From contig JAPLAE010000097.1 in NCBI GenBank assembly GCA_026393455.1, positions 9,458 to 73,457 of the forward strand: a DNA stretch of 64,000 nt, read 5' to 3'. Origin of the DNA: Actinomycetota bacterium (GTDB taxonomy: Bacteria > Actinomycetota > Acidimicrobiia > Acidimicrobiales > Acidimicrobilacustridaceae). Shown piece after piece: positions 32,801 through 47,800 of this stretch (its first letter is position 1; each line of letters begins with the position of its first letter). The notes beneath the pieces are model-generated. The model was not told the DNA's origin. It searched no databases and was given only the letters and a program-made list of their open reading frames with translations. A program made the translations under genes and the position numbers.

Positions 32801-35800
32801 CGACAACCCAAGTGATTCCGCCATTGTTTGACTGTTCGATTCGGTAACCCGTAATTGGACTGCCGCCATCCGAGGTCGGCGCCGACCAACTCAGGACCAC
32901 CGAAGAATCACTTGGATTCGCCGCCAAAGCGAGAGTGCTCGACGCCGATGTGAACGGAGTAGAAGCCGTTGCCCCTGACGCAGTTCCCACTCCTGCTGCG
33001 TTTCGCGCGCTCACCCGGAAGGTGTAGGGCGTTCCATTTGTCAGACCGACAACCAAGGCAGTCGTCGCGGTTGTTCCCGTAGTTCCAATGACTTCAACCC
33101 AGTTGACACCAGAATCCGTCGAACGCTCAATGCGGTATCCAGTTATGGCCGCCCCACCGTTTGCCACAGGAGTCACCCATGAGAGGGCAACTTGCGTATC
33201 GCCGGCAACACCGGCCAACGATGTCGGAGCACCCGGCGTCGTGAATGGTACCGACGTGACAACCGCACTTCGAGCACCAACGAAGGTGCGAGAACTGGCC
33301 GAGTCCGATGTGATCGCGGCAACACGGAATGAATAGACCCAGCCACTCGTGAGGCCACTCACCGTGGCACTCGTTGTAGTGGTGAATGTGTCCGCCAACG
33401 CTGTCGTCCACGTGACGCCACCATCGACGGACTGCTCAACTTTGTAACCAGTAATCGGACGACCACCATCGAATACCGGCGCAACCCATGACAGCGCAAC
33501 CGAACTCGCTGCAGCGACCGCTGCTATTGCCGTGGGGGAACCCGCGCTCGTAAACGGAACCGCCGACATCGGCGATGAAGCCGCACCTACGCCACCAGCC
33601 GTACGCGCACTCACACGGAATGCATACGTGACGCCATTCGTGAGTCCACCGATCACCGTTGAAGTTGCAGTCGAGGCGGTATCGGAGATGAGAACAGCGA
33701 AGGTTCCTCCACTGGTTGAGCGTTCGATTTGATACCCAGAGATTGCGGCACCACCCGTATCGGTCGGCGCGGTCCACGAAAGACTGACCTGACCGTTATC
33801 TGGCGTAGCCAGAAGCCCAATCGGTGAAGCCGCAGCGCCGTATGGCGTAGCGGCAACAGAAGCGCCCGGAAGACCAGAACCTGCTGAAGTGTTCGCAGCA
33901 ACGCGGAACCCGTACGTCGTTCCATTGGTGAGAGCCGTGATGAGTCGAGTCGTTGCAGTTGAGCCGGTGTCGACAACCGCGACCGTCCACGAGACGCCGC
34001 CATCTGCGGTGACGTCAACGCGGTAACCGGTAATCGCCGACCCCCCGGTTGTTGCCGGGGCTGTCCAGGAAAGCGTTACCCGTCCATCCCCCGCTATTGC
34101 AGTGAGCAATGTCGGAGCAATTGAGACGCCTGTGGGCGTCGCCGTGGCAATCGTCGAGGCAACGCCAAGGCCTGCAGCGTTACGCGCCGCAACTCGGAAC
34201 TTATAGGCAGCGCCGTTCGAGAGACCAGCGATGGTGACACCAAGACCGCCGACCGAACCAGCCGCCACATTCCATGACAAACCATTGTCGCTTGACATCT
34301 CAATCGAATATGAGCTGACCGTGGATCCTCCATCGGAAGAAGGCGCTGACCAAGTAAGCGTTACCGACGTGTCCCCACCAGTTGCTACAAGCGTCGCTGG
34401 CGCAACTGGCACGGTGATCGGGGTGGTCGCTGTCGACGCACTTGGGACACCAGCACCACCGCTATTGATAGCGGTAACACGGAACAAATACGAGGTTCCG
34501 TTTGTAAGTCCGGAAGCCGTAGCCATCGTTGCCGTTGACAACGTGTTGGCCACTACCGACGTCCATGTTGCCCCCGCATCAGTCGAACGCTCGATCCGAT
34601 ACCCAACAATCACGGAACCACCCGTAGAAGTCGGTGCAGTCCACGACAATGATGCCTGAGCATTTCCGGGTGTAGCGACGAGCGAAGTTGGCGCTCCAGC
34701 CAAACCAGCAGGTGTCGCTGACGCGACCGCGGACACGGTGCCAAGCCCAGCAGCGTTACGCGCAGTGACGCGGAATTTGTATGTCGTTCCGTTGGAGAGT
34801 CCGCCGATGGTTGTCGACAACCCGTTCACGGTCGACATAGCGACTGTCCATGTCGTTCCACCATTTGCAGACACCTCTACCTGGTAACTCGTCACCAAGG
34901 ATCCACCATCGGCAATCGGCGTCGTCCACGAAAGCGTGACTGCCGCATCGGAGGCAACTGCGGTCGGCGTCGCTGAGGTACTTGGAATCGTGTACGGCGT
35001 CGCTGATGCAACTGCCGATGATGCGCCGAGTCCGCCTGCATTTCGAGCGGATACTCGGAACGCGAAGTTCGCTCCATTTGTGAGGCCGGTCAGCGTTGTG
35101 GTGAGGCCGACAACCGATGCGGAAGCCACTGCCCACGTCACGCCTCCATCAGACGAACGCTCAACTTGGTACGTAGCGATCGCCGATCCGCCATCACTTG
35201 CAGGTGCCGTCCACGCAAGCACGACCTGTCCATTGCCAGGAGTGACGTTGATCGAGGCTGGGGCAGTCGGAGCACCGACTGGAGTGGCCGACGCAGTCGC
35301 CGAGAACGCACCGGATCCGAGTGCGCTCACCGCAGCAACGCGGAACGTTTGCGTGACCCCACCTGAGAGTCCAGTCAACACCGTTGAGGTCAGCGTGCTT
35401 CCGGTGCTGCCAACAGCAACAGACCACGTAACGCCGTTATCGGTCGATCGTTCAATGCGATAACCAAGAAGTGCCGAGCCACCCGTACCCGCCGGAGCGG
35501 TCCAGGAAAGCGAAACCTGACCGGTACCGGCAGCAGCAACAAGATCAGTGGGCGCTCCCGGGGCAGCGAATGGTGTTGACGTCACTGCTCCTGAATCCGG
35601 ACTGAACCCTGCAGCATTCTGCGCAGTCACTCGCACGGTCACCGGACTTCCGTTCGTGAGGCCGGTGATTGCAAGCGAAGTAGCCGTCGTCGTGGTCACT
35701 GTCGTCCACGTCGCTCCCCCATCAAGACTCTGTTCAACGCGGTAGCCCGTCAAAACTGAACCGCCGGTAGAGGTGGGTGCCGACCACGACAATGAAATTT

Positions 35801-38800
35801 GGCTGTCGCTCGGAGTGACAGTGAGCGAACGCGGTGCACTTGGCGGACCAAATGGCGTTGTGGTGGCAGGCGTTGAACTGGCGCCTGCTCCAGGTGACGT
35901 GAGTGCAGAAACCCGGAATGAATACGCCGTTCCATTCGAAAGGCCAGCAACAGTGACCGACGTCGATGTCGTACCTGTATCGCTAATCGCAACGGTCCAC
36001 GAGGTTCCACCATTTGAGGAAATCTCCACGCGGTAACCGACGATCGACAGTCCACCGGTGGCGACAGGAGCTATCCATGAAAGTGTTGCAGTTGCATTTC
36101 CCGGCGTCGCGGTCAGCGCTGTCGGTGCAGACGCTGCAGTAAACGGCGTCGCCGTCACCGTCGCCGATGTAGTACCCGTGCCAGCAACGTTGATTGCCGA
36201 AACTCGGTAGACGTATGTCGTTCCATTCGTCAGCCCGGTCGAAACGAAACTCGTCGCCGATGACACTGTCGTCGCAATAGTTGTCCATGTAAGACCACCA
36301 TCGATTGACCGTTCAACGAGATAACCAGTAATTGCAGAACCACCAGTCGAGGCCGGGGCGGTCCACGACACGGTGACCTGAGTATTTCCGGCAACCGTCG
36401 TTACATTTCGCGGAGTCGTCGGAACCGAATACGGAGTCGCTGAGATTTCAGAAGATGCCGCGCCCGTACCGACTGCATTAACCGCGCGGAACCGGAACTT
36501 GTAGGTCGTGCCGTTTGTAAGTCCAGTCACCGTGACAGCAGTCGTCCCCAAGCCACTCGTTGACGGACCAGTGATCCATGTGGCCCCATTGTCGGCGGAA
36601 TACTCAACGAGATAGCCGGTAATCAGAGCGCCGTTATTCGAAGGAGCGGTCCACGACAACGTCACTTGGCTCTGTGCAGCCACTGCGGTCGGCGCGGTTC
36701 CGGCAAGCGGAGCACCCGCGGGGGTGACAAGCGCAACGTTCGATGGCGATGCGTCACCGGCAGCGGTGATGACAGTCACCCGGAAGAACACGGGAGATCC
36801 GTTCGTCAAACCGGCAACGATGGTTGAAAGCGCTGACGCTCCGAGCGTCGAACCAACCGTGGTCCACGTGGTCATGTTTGTAGAACGCTCGACTCGATAG
36901 CCGGTCACGTTGACAACGCCGACTGGCGCCAACCATGTAATCGTTGCCGTCGTGTCACCCGCCGCACCCGTAATGGTGATCGGCGCTGCAACCAATGGCG
37001 TTCCCGTTGCTGCAACCGATACTGCACCGGCTCCACCAGCGGTGATCGCCGAGACGCGGAACGAATAGAGCTGTCCAGGCTGAAGCCCCGACACCACCCC
37101 GTAGGTGCTCGGGGTAGCGGTGTTAGTAATGGCGATCGACCAGCTTGATCCGCCGTCAAACGATGATTCGATCTGATAACCGGTAATCGGCGCACCGCCA
37201 GTAGAAACTGGGGCGGTCCACGTGAGAACAACCTGCTCAGCACCTGCGTAGGTGGTGACCGCAGTCGGTGCTGCCGCACGAGCAGCCGGGACGCCTATGA
37301 CCGGAATACTCGAGATGCCCGTACCAAACGCGTTGACCGCGCTCACTCGGTACACGTAGAGAGAACCGTTCGTAAGCGATGCGTTATCGGAATAGGTCGT
37401 CGCCGTAAGCGATGTCGCGATCACCGTCCATGTGGATCCACCGTTCGAGGATCGCTCGACGGTGTATCCCAGAATTGAACTCCCTCCGTCACTGACTGGA
37501 GGAGCCCAGTTGATGGTCACTTGGCGGTCCGCCGGACTCGCTGTGACCACTGTGGGCGAGCCGGGGATGGTGGCCGGCGTAGCGCCGGCTGCCGCACTAG
37601 GCGACCCCGTCCCTCCCCTCGTGATTGCCGACACGCGGAATCCATACGCGGTTCCGTTGGTCAGACCAGAAATGACGCGCAGCGTCGTGGGTGAACCCGT
37701 GTCAGCCACGACCACTGTCCAGGTCGCTCCGCCGTCAGTCGATTGTTCAATCTTGTAACCCGTAATCGACGCACCGCCAGTAGACGACGGTGCTGTCCAT
37801 GAAAGGGCAACAGATGCATTGCCTGGCGAGGCCATCAACGCAGTCGGAACATCAGGAGCACCGTACGGAGTAACACTCAATGCCGCAGTCGCTATTCCGA
37901 CTCCTGCGCTATTGACCGCCTTCACCCGCAGCGCGACATCGACACCGTTTGTGAGTCCCACAATCGTGGCCACTGTGGCGCCACCAGTCGAGGTCTTCAC
38001 GACGGTCCATGTGGCTCCGCCATCACGTGAGAGTTCCACTCGATAGTCAGTGACTGTCGAGCCGCCATCGCTGGCAGGAGCAGTCCATGAAAGTGCGATC
38101 TGGCCATCACCCGACATACCCGCGAGTGAACGCGGCGCGGAAGGAGGACCGTAAGGCGTACTCGACACCGGAGCCGAGAATGAGCCGAGCCCTGCTCCCG
38201 TCAATGCTGCAATGCGGAACCGGTACTGCGTTCCGTTTGTGAGACCAGCAACAGTTGTTGATAGTCCGGTCGTCCCGGTCGTCGGAATCGCGATCGTCCA
38301 AGTAATTCCGTCAAGTGATTGCTCAATCCGATAGCCACTAATTGAGAAACCACCAGTACTCACTGGCGCCAACCACGTGAGCGTCACTGTTGACGCACCC
38401 GCTGTAGCAACAACACTGGTCGGCGGATCAGCCGCCGTTGATGGCGTCACCGATACCGACGTACTTGCAACGCTTTCGTAACCGCCTGAAAGGGTGATCG
38501 CACGCAACAACACTGGAACACCGTTTTCGAGCCCAGTGATCGTTGTTGTCGTGACAGTTCCAACCGTTGTGGCCTCAGACCACGAAGACCCACCATCAAC
38601 GCTGATCTCAACTCGGTAACCGGTAACTGCTGGGCCACCGGTTGCAACTGGAGCAGTCCACGTCAATCGCGCCGAACCGTCACCGCTTGTCGCGACAAGG
38701 GCAGTCGGCGGACCGGCCGGAGCATATGGAGTGGCCGATGCTGCAGAGCTCGGTCGACCCGTGCCCAACGAAGTCACTGCACTGACACGGAACGCATACG

Positions 38801-41800
38801 AGGTTCCAGCGATCAAATCGGGAACCACGAAATTCGTTGCACCGCTCGGCGTCGACGCGATTGCCACCGTCCATGTTGCGCCGTTATTCGTCGAGTATTC
38901 GATCATGTAGCCCGCGATCGACACACCCGTCGCAACCGATGGGGCCGTCCATGCCAGATTTACTGACGTGATGCCTGCCGTTGCCACAAGATTTGTAGGT
39001 GAACCGGCGGTCGCCTGCGGCGTTGCGGTAATCAGGACCGGCCCGGCCACCGCTGATCCCCCGGAGAGGATCGGCGAAATCCGGAAGGCCATCAACGATC
39101 CATTCGTGAGACCGGTTGCGGTGTAAGTGCGCGATGTTGTGCTTGCGGCAAGAACGATGAAGTTCGTGCTCGACGTCGTGCAAGCTGAAAGCGCAGAACA
39201 GGACTCAACCTTGTAGCCCGTCACCGTGGTACCGGCAGGAACTTGCGGTGCAAGCCAGTTCAGCGACACCTGAGCATCGGAAGCTGCTGCGGTCGGCAAC
39301 AGCACCGTAAGCGGAACAACTGCAACCGGTGTTGCCGAAACCTGCGAGCCCGGACCAGCAACTACAGGCGAACCATTCATCGGAGAAATCTGGAAGTCGT
39401 ACAGCGAACCGTTCGTAAGCCCAGTCACGTTGTAATTCAACGCAGTCGTCGTTGTTCCGATTGGTGAACCGGCGACCGCAGCTGCCGTTGACCACACTGT
39501 CGCACCCGAAAGTCGGTACTGAATGAGATAGCCAACCGGAGCCGCGCCGCCCCCCGGAGGAGCCAGCCATGCAAGGGAAACACTTGCCGCTCCCGGTGTG
39601 GCTACGAGGCCGCTAATCGCTCCCAGCGGCCCGGCAACAACCGACGCCGCAAGTCCAGTACCCACATCACTGAGTGCACGAACTCGGAAGTAGTAACTGC
39701 CGCCGCTCACAAGATTGGTTGCGGTGTAGGTGAGCAACGTCTGCGAGGCCGAAAGCGTTGTCCACGTCACGCCATCACTTGACTGCTCAACCATGTAACC
39801 GTTGATCGAAAGACCACCGGTATTTACTGGCGCGGCCCAGGTGAGGACAACTGTCCCCAAGCCCGGCGTTGCGGTGAACGCTGTCGGAGCGGTCGGAGCA
39901 TTAGAGGTTGCCACCGGACCCACCGGAGCACTCGGAGCCCCAGTTCCAATCTGCGTGATCGCAGAGATACGGAACTTGTATCCCTGACCACTCGCCGATT
40001 GTGTGACACCCGGAAGTCGATAGCTCGTATCGGTCGTTCCGGTATTGGCAACGAGTGACGACCAAGCCGTCGCACCCGGCACCATGTACTCAATGAAGTA
40101 GCCAGTGATCGCCCAGCCACCAGTATTTGTGGGCGCGACCCAGGTGAGCACGATGTCACCGTTCGTGTACACCGCTCGCGGTGGCGTTGGTGACGTAACA
40201 GAAGGTGCAGCTGCTGTGAAGTGAGCGGCAACGCGTGATGCGCTGAGAGCACCCGAATAGAGCGCTACTTCGCTCATCGAGCCAACAAATCCGATTGCGC
40301 CGTCAGCAGCGAACGAGTTACCAACGATGAACGGGGTTGTAGCGGTGGAATTCACCACGCCCCATCCATAATTCTCGGCAACAACCTGCCCGTTCACGTA
40401 GATACGAGCAACCGATCCATCATAGGTAGCGACAACGTGGGTCCACTTCCCAGCCACCAATACTCCTGCATCGGTTTTCAACTGCTGAAGCGTCGTCCCT
40501 GAATAGGTGGCGAGAAACAAGGTTCCGTCGCCGTTCACGTAAAGGCTGTAGTTGCGGTTCATCGTGGCCGAACTCCCACGACCAGCCAAGTAGTACCAAG
40601 ACACGCCAGTCAGCGTTGTTGGCTTGGCCCAAAGTTCCATCGAGAACGTAGACAGTTTGAGCGCAGCACCAGTTGGGTTCGCTCCGACGATCGAACCAGT
40701 TCCCGCCGCCGCAGCAGTCGGTGCCGCTCCACCTGGGAATGCGGCAGAGCCTTCGTTCGGCCCAGCGAACGCCGGGTTGCCTGTACCGCTAAATGTCACG
40801 GCACCAGTCACGGTTCCGGCGTTGTTGTTCCCCGACGCATCAGTGATCGTCGTTGATGCCGCTGCGTTATTCAGTCGCCACCACAACAATGGAGAGTCGG
40901 CAGTAATTGCCGAGCCGTAAGAATCGCTTCCAGTATTCGGTGTCAACGACTGAGCAGGACCAGTGGGCTGTCCCGGAAGCGTTGCGGGTGTCGCCGAGAT
41001 TGTTGCCGTTGTGCCGAATGCAGAAGTTCCATTCAAGGTGTACACCGGAGCAACGCGGAACAGCGTCGAGCTGCCATTCACAAGTCCGCTTGTTCCCGCC
41101 GCAACCGTGTAGGTCAATGTTGCAGCAGCTGTCGTTGTAAGCACGGTGTAGGTCGGAGAACCTCCCGAGCAGCCCGCCGTACACATTTCAATGCGGTAAC
41201 CAGTGATTGCGTTACCACCGAGCGCAACCGGCGCGACCCATGTCAGCGTCACTGCCCCGGTATTCGGAGCAGCCGCCGTGAGTCCACCGACCGCACTTGG
41301 CGGCGCAGTCGGAGTTCCTGAGATGACATCGGGAGTCCCCAACCCGTAGGCCGTCATCGCACGAACTCGGAAGGTGTATGCGGTGCCATTGGCGAGACCG
41401 GTCGCTGCGTAGGTACGCAGGGAGGCCGTAATCGTTCGCGATACCTCGGTATACGTGCCCGCAATCGCAGTGCACGTCGGGGCAATACCTGCGCAACGTT
41501 CAACCATCCATGCCGTAATCGGAGCTCCGCCGATATTCGCCGGAGCAGTCCACGAAAGATTCACTGTTCCATCGCCGTTTGCCGCAACGATCGAAGTCGG
41601 GACCGCTGCAGGTCCAAGCGGAAGGCCCGTTGCCACTGAACCCGAACCAGTTCCTTGCGTGTTCAGGGCACTCACTCGAACGCTGACTACGGCACCGTTT
41701 GTGAGACCGGTAAGCGTGTACGTCGTCGCCGTTGATGCGAGATTCGGAGTAATCGGGGTATACGTCGTGCCGCCATCGATCGAATACTCGACCTTGTACG

Positions 41801-44800
41801 CAGAGACAGCAGAAGAACCGATCGATGAGGGTGCGCCCCACGTGAGCACAACCTGCCCGCTTGCAGGAGCAAGCGTCAGATTTGTCGGCGCTGAAGGTGT
41901 CGCCGTTGCAACAGCCGTCGGGATCAAAGCGGTCACCACGGCGGTGTCGCCAAGACCCGAAGGCGCATTGAGAGCACTTACGCGGAAGGTGTACGAGGAG
42001 CCTGTGGTGAGACCACTCACTACCGCCGAAAGTGCACCACCGTTATTGCCGGTGATGACGACATAGTTGACGGTTGTTGCGGTGCATGTGGGCTGGCCAC
42101 CAGCACAACGCTCAATCTTGTACCCAGTGATCGGACTTCCACCGTCGCTTGAAGGAGCAAGCCACGACAACGTGACCGATCCATCGACTGCCGTTGCACG
42201 AAGGTCGATTGGTGCGGTAGGAGCGGTGGTGAACGTCGCACTCAAGATGGCCCACGCACCAACGCCGAGACTTGTCACTGCCGCGACACGGAACTGTCCC
42301 GTGGCGCCGAGACTAAGGCCCGTCACAACATAAGGACTTTGGGCGATGGCACTTACGAGAGTCCATGTTGTTCCGTTGTCGAGCGATTGCTCAAGGCGAT
42401 AGCCGCTTACGGTGAACCCACCTGAAGACAATGGTGCCGTCCAACTCAGCGACGCAGTCCCTGCTCCCGTCACCGTCGCGATCGGATTTTGCGGTGCGTA
42501 GGAAACGCGTCCGGGAACAGCCATCGCGACTGTGGATGCATTCACTACCGAACTCGAGGTCACTGCTTTGACCCGGAAGTAATAGAGCGTGCCGTTGGTC
42601 AAGCCAGTTACCGAATACGTCGTGGCCGTCGATCCCGTATTTGCAACTAATACGGTCCACGCCGCGTTGTTGGTCGACAGTGCAATTTCGTAGCCACTGA
42701 CCGCAACTCCACCGTCATCGATTGGAGTTATCCACGAAAGCACAACGCTCGCGTCACCTGGAGTCGACTGCAGCGCTCGGGGTTCAGCCGCCGGTCCGAA
42801 CGGATTTCCCGCGACCAACGATTCAATACCCGCACCAAACGCTGTGATGGCACGTACTCGGTAGACGTATACCAATCCGTTTACAACATTTGCATCGGTA
42901 TATGCAGTTCCGATTGTCGCTGTGCTGAGCACGGTCCAAGTGACGCCACCATCGGCAGAACGTTCGATCTGGTACGAGGTAATCGTAAATCCGCCCGTTG
43001 TTGCTGGCGCATTCCAATCCAATGCAACCTGCGCATTGCCATTCAGCGCACGAAGCGATCCAGGAGCAGAAGCCGGCGCACCAGGGATCACTGACACCAT
43101 CGTGGCGGCGCCTTGACCGGCCTGTGTGAGTGCGGAAATTCGGAAGTAGTAGTTCGTCCCGTTAGTGAGACCGCCCGCCACATACATCGTTGCAATTGAA
43201 TTCGTGCTTACCGTCAGCACGGTCCACGTACCGGCGCTCAACGAGCAACTGGCGGTACAAACTTCAACCTTGTAACCGGAAAGTGGAGTGCCACCATTAC
43301 TTGCAGGCGCTAGCCAGCGCAGCGTCGCCGTTCCGTCGGTGCCGTCACCGACCATGGAGCGCGGCGCTGAGGCAGGTGCCATTGCAGTGGCGAGAACCGG
43401 AAGGCTCGCAGCCCCAAGGCCACCGGTGAGATCAAGCGGTCCACTTCCTGTAATAGCTGTGACCCGCACGAACCACGATGACCCGTTGGCGAGCCCACCG
43501 ACGGTGTAGTTGAGTGCTTTGGTGTCACCGGCGGTGGTCCACGCCACGCCATCGACAGAACGCTCGACGCGATATCCAAACAGTGCGTAGCCACCAAGAT
43601 TTGCGGGTGCAGTCCATGACACATAGATACTTCTATCGCTACCTGTTGCGGCAACTGCTTGTGGAGCAGACGAAGGAGCGAATGGGACACCTACAACTGT
43701 TGTAGCAGTCACTGCACTGCCAATCGCATTCACAGCTTGCACGGTGTAGGTGTAAACGGTGCCGTTTACGAGCGCAGAATCGGTGTAGGTCGTTGCGGTC
43801 GAACCCGTAGTGGCGACGAGCTGCACGTTGTTACGAACGATGCGATAACCCGTGATTGCTGATCCGCCGCTATCAGGCGCAATCCACGACAACACGACCT
43901 GTGTGCTCCCTGACGTCGACCCAAGCCCTGTAATCGTTCCGGGCGTTGTCGACGGCGTGCCAGTCACCGTTGCCGATGCCCCCAGGCCCGCCGAAGTAAT
44001 GCCGGTGACGCGGAATGTGTATGCCACGCCATTGGTAAGGCCAGTGACGGTCTGCGTAAGTCCGGTCGACTGGGTATTGGGGAAGATTGTCGACCATGTC
44101 GAACCGGAGTTGTCCGAAAGTTCGATCTGATAGCCACTAATCGCAAAACCACCGGTGCTCGTGGGTGCGGTCCACGCCAAGGCGATCTGACGATCGGCTC
44201 GTGTTGCGCTTAGTGCTGTCGGGGCGGCCGCAAGACCCGATGGCACTGCGTAGATGATTGGCTTGAGCGCCCCGGTGACGCCGTTAGAGGTGATACGGAA
44301 TCCAGTTCGCGTTCCGTTCGTCAGGCCAGTCACAACTACCGAAGTGACTCCAGCTGCGACCGCTGTCATTGCGGCAGCGGATGCCTGACCGCTCCATGTT
44401 CCATTCGCAGTCGTCCACGTCGATCCCGCATTTGTTGAAAGCTCAATCAACGTTGTGGTGGTGCTAACTGCAGCAGCCCAAGAGAGTGTCACCGTCGCGC
44501 TGCCTGCAGCCGCAGTGAGGTTTGCCACCGAACACGGAACGTAGACAACAGGGCTTGAAGCGGTGACTGAACATGTCGCCAAAGGCGGAGCAACAATGCC
44601 AACAACCGATGAACCTCCAGCCCCGACCGCTGTAAGAGTTGTCACTCGGAAGCGATAGGCCAAACCAGCGGTGAGCGAAATCTGCGACATCGTTGTTGCG
44701 ACTCCGTAGTTGGCACTCAAGACCAGCCATGTCGCTCCCCCGTCACTCGATTGCTCGACGCGGTAGCCAGTGATCGCCGAACCACCACTGTCGGTCGGAG

Positions 44801-47800
44801 CAACCCATGACAGGTCAACGACCGAACTCGCGGTCGGCACGCCAGATGCCGATACCGCCTCGAGGGCAGTCAGCGCCAAAGGCGCGGCTGGCAGGCCATA
44901 CGGCATGGCCATCGCGATTCCGCCTGTGTAGTTGCAAGCGCCGGACGTGTACGTCGTCACGATTGTGCCCGTTTCGTCACAACCAGAGGTGACCGCCGAA
45001 ACACGGAACCAATACGACGTGCCATTCGCCAAGCCGGTGATGACCTGCGACGTCACATTTGGCGTGCCGGTGTTGCGCACAAGGGCGGTGAAGTACGCGT
45101 TGCCGTACGTTGCGACAGTCGGGCAATAGGCAACCCCAGCGGAGCAAACCTCGATCTCGTAACCCAAGATCGGGAGCCCGCCAGTCGTTGCCGGCGCGGA
45201 CCAGTTCAGTGTGACCCGAGCATCACCCGGAGTTGCCGACAACAACCTCGGTGCCGAAGCTGCGCCGGTAGGTTGCGAAATCGTGAGTGAGTATGCGCCG
45301 ACGCCTTGGCCGGTAATGCCAGCGATACGGAACAGATACACCGTTCCGTTTGTCAGGCCACCAACGGCCTGGGTCGTCGCCAAGGAGTTTGAGTTGGCAA
45401 CAACACTCGTCCACGATGCACCGTTATCGGTCGACATCTCAATTCGGTAACCGGTGATTGCCGTTCCACCCGTATTGACCGGCGCTGTCCACGACAATGC
45501 GACTTGGGTGTCGCTCGGCGTTGCCGTGAGACCCTGCGGCGACGAAGACAAGGAGAACGCTGTGGCCGAAACAACCGATGCTTTTCCGCCCATCGGAGTC
45601 ACACGAATGCCGTACGAAGTACCCAGTGTCAGACCACTCAACATGATCGATGTCGCCGTGTACGAGTTCGTTGAACTCGCTCCCGTCCACACCGTCCAGC
45701 CAGCCGTGAAGTTCGCGTTGTACTCAACGATGTAACCCTTAATCGGCGAACCGCCGGTATCGGCCGGCACATCCCATGTAACGAGAATCGACGAACCAAC
45801 GGGTGTCGCCACAAGGTTGCGGACAGGTCCAGGGTCACCAACTGACAGATACGAAATGATCGATGACGTTCCCGCTCCGGTGATGTTCAACGGAGTAATG
45901 CGAACCCATACAACGAGACCAGTCGGGTAGGCAGGAAGCGACGCGGTCAGAGCCGTCGTTGTGGTGACTTTAGTCCACGTGACTTTGTTGTCCGTCGATG
46001 TTTCGATCGTGTATCCGGTAATCGGCTTGCCGCCCGTATTGGTAGGTGCCGTCCACGCCGCAGTCGCGGTCCAGTTCGGAGTACCAGTATTGGTGATCTT
46101 GAGTTCAATCGGACCTGAAGGGGTTGCTGACGGAACCGCTGAAATCACTGCTGGTGCGCCGCCGGCAACGGCGACACCACCGGCCTGAGTCAGCGGCGTA
46201 ACTCGGAACCACGTCTCTGTTCCGTTCGTAAGACCGTATGCGGTGTACGTCGTTACCGTAGAACCAGTGTTCGCCGTTATGAATGTGTAGTAATTCGGCG
46301 CGTAGTAAGCCGCTCCGATAGGACAATTCGCGACACCGGTGGTGCATCGCTCAATTCGATAGCCAATGATCGGTCGACCACCCAGATCAGAAGGCACAGA
46401 CCAATTCAGCACGACGATGCCATCGCCCGGCGTTGCGCCAAGGCCAAGAACATTCGAAGCGGACGCCATCGGCGTTGCCGAAACAAGTGCAATCCCGCCC
46501 TCGCCGTTCGCCGTTAATGCTCGAACACGGAACCAGTAACTCGTACCATTCGTCAGACCATCGACGGTGATCGTGCCGCTCCTACCGGCATTACCCGAAA
46601 CAACCGTCCAACTCGCTCCATCAGTAGAGCGCTCGACACGGAATCCACTGATCGTTCCGCCACCAGTCACAGTCGTTGCTGCATTCCACGTGAGGGTTAC
46701 CTGACCATCGCCAGCTGCGGAAATTAGCGATTGTGGTGCGCCAGCAATGGTGCCGGGCAGCGAACTCACGACGGCGCCAACGCCTACTCCTGCGGCAGTT
46801 ATTGCCGAGATACGGAACCAGTAACTCGTGCCATTCGTCAGACCATTCACCATGTAGCTCGTCGCGTTGCTACCAGTAGATGCGGTGAGCACAGTGAAGT
46901 TCACCGTGTCGGATGCAACACATACAACCGCGCTCGTTGTACACACTTCGACGCGATAGCCAAGAACGGCCAATCCAGCCAACATCGATGGCACAGTCCA
47001 ATTCAGCGTGGCTGATCCATCCCCCGAAACAACCGAAAGTCCGCCTACAACACTGGCGGTTGCCAGCGGTCGAGCCGAGACGCTTGAGGCCGTGCCGACC
47101 CCACCAGCCGTCACTGCCGAAACCCGGAAGATGTACGTCGTTCCATTCGCCAATCCATTTACCGAATATGCAGTGAGCGTTGATCCTGTTGAAGCGGTAA
47201 GCAGCGTCCACCCTGTCGCTCCAACTGCTTGGTAATCGACCCTGTATCCCGTTGGCGTGACACCAGTCGGAGCGGTCCAAGAAAGAGCGACGGTTCCATC
47301 GCCCGGAGTCGCACGCAGCAGCGGTGAGCCGCCCACCTGCACGGTTCCACCAACTGTTGCCAGTGCTCCGGCGCCTACGACCGCAGCGGCAGTGATCGCC
47401 GAGACTCGATAGGTGTAATACGACGCTGCAACGACTCCTCGCATCGTGAACGTCGTCACCAAACCTGTGTTATCGACAACCGTGGCGAATACACCACCAC
47501 TGATCGATGATTCGATCTTGTACCCAATTACATCGCTGCCGCCGTTGCTGGCTGGGGCAGTCCATGAAAGAGAGACCTCTCCCACAGTGACATTTCTCCC
47601 AGCAGTCAGATTGGTCGGCGCCGAAGCACCGACGATCGGCATCACCGAAACAACAGCACCATCGCCATATCCAGCAACAGTGAGTGCAGAAACTCGGAAC
47701 CAAACTCGCTGTCCCGGAACCAGACCATTGATAGTTGCCGCTACCGAAGTGATACCCGTGTTTGGAGTTATGACTGACCAGTTGGCGCCATCGGTTGACT

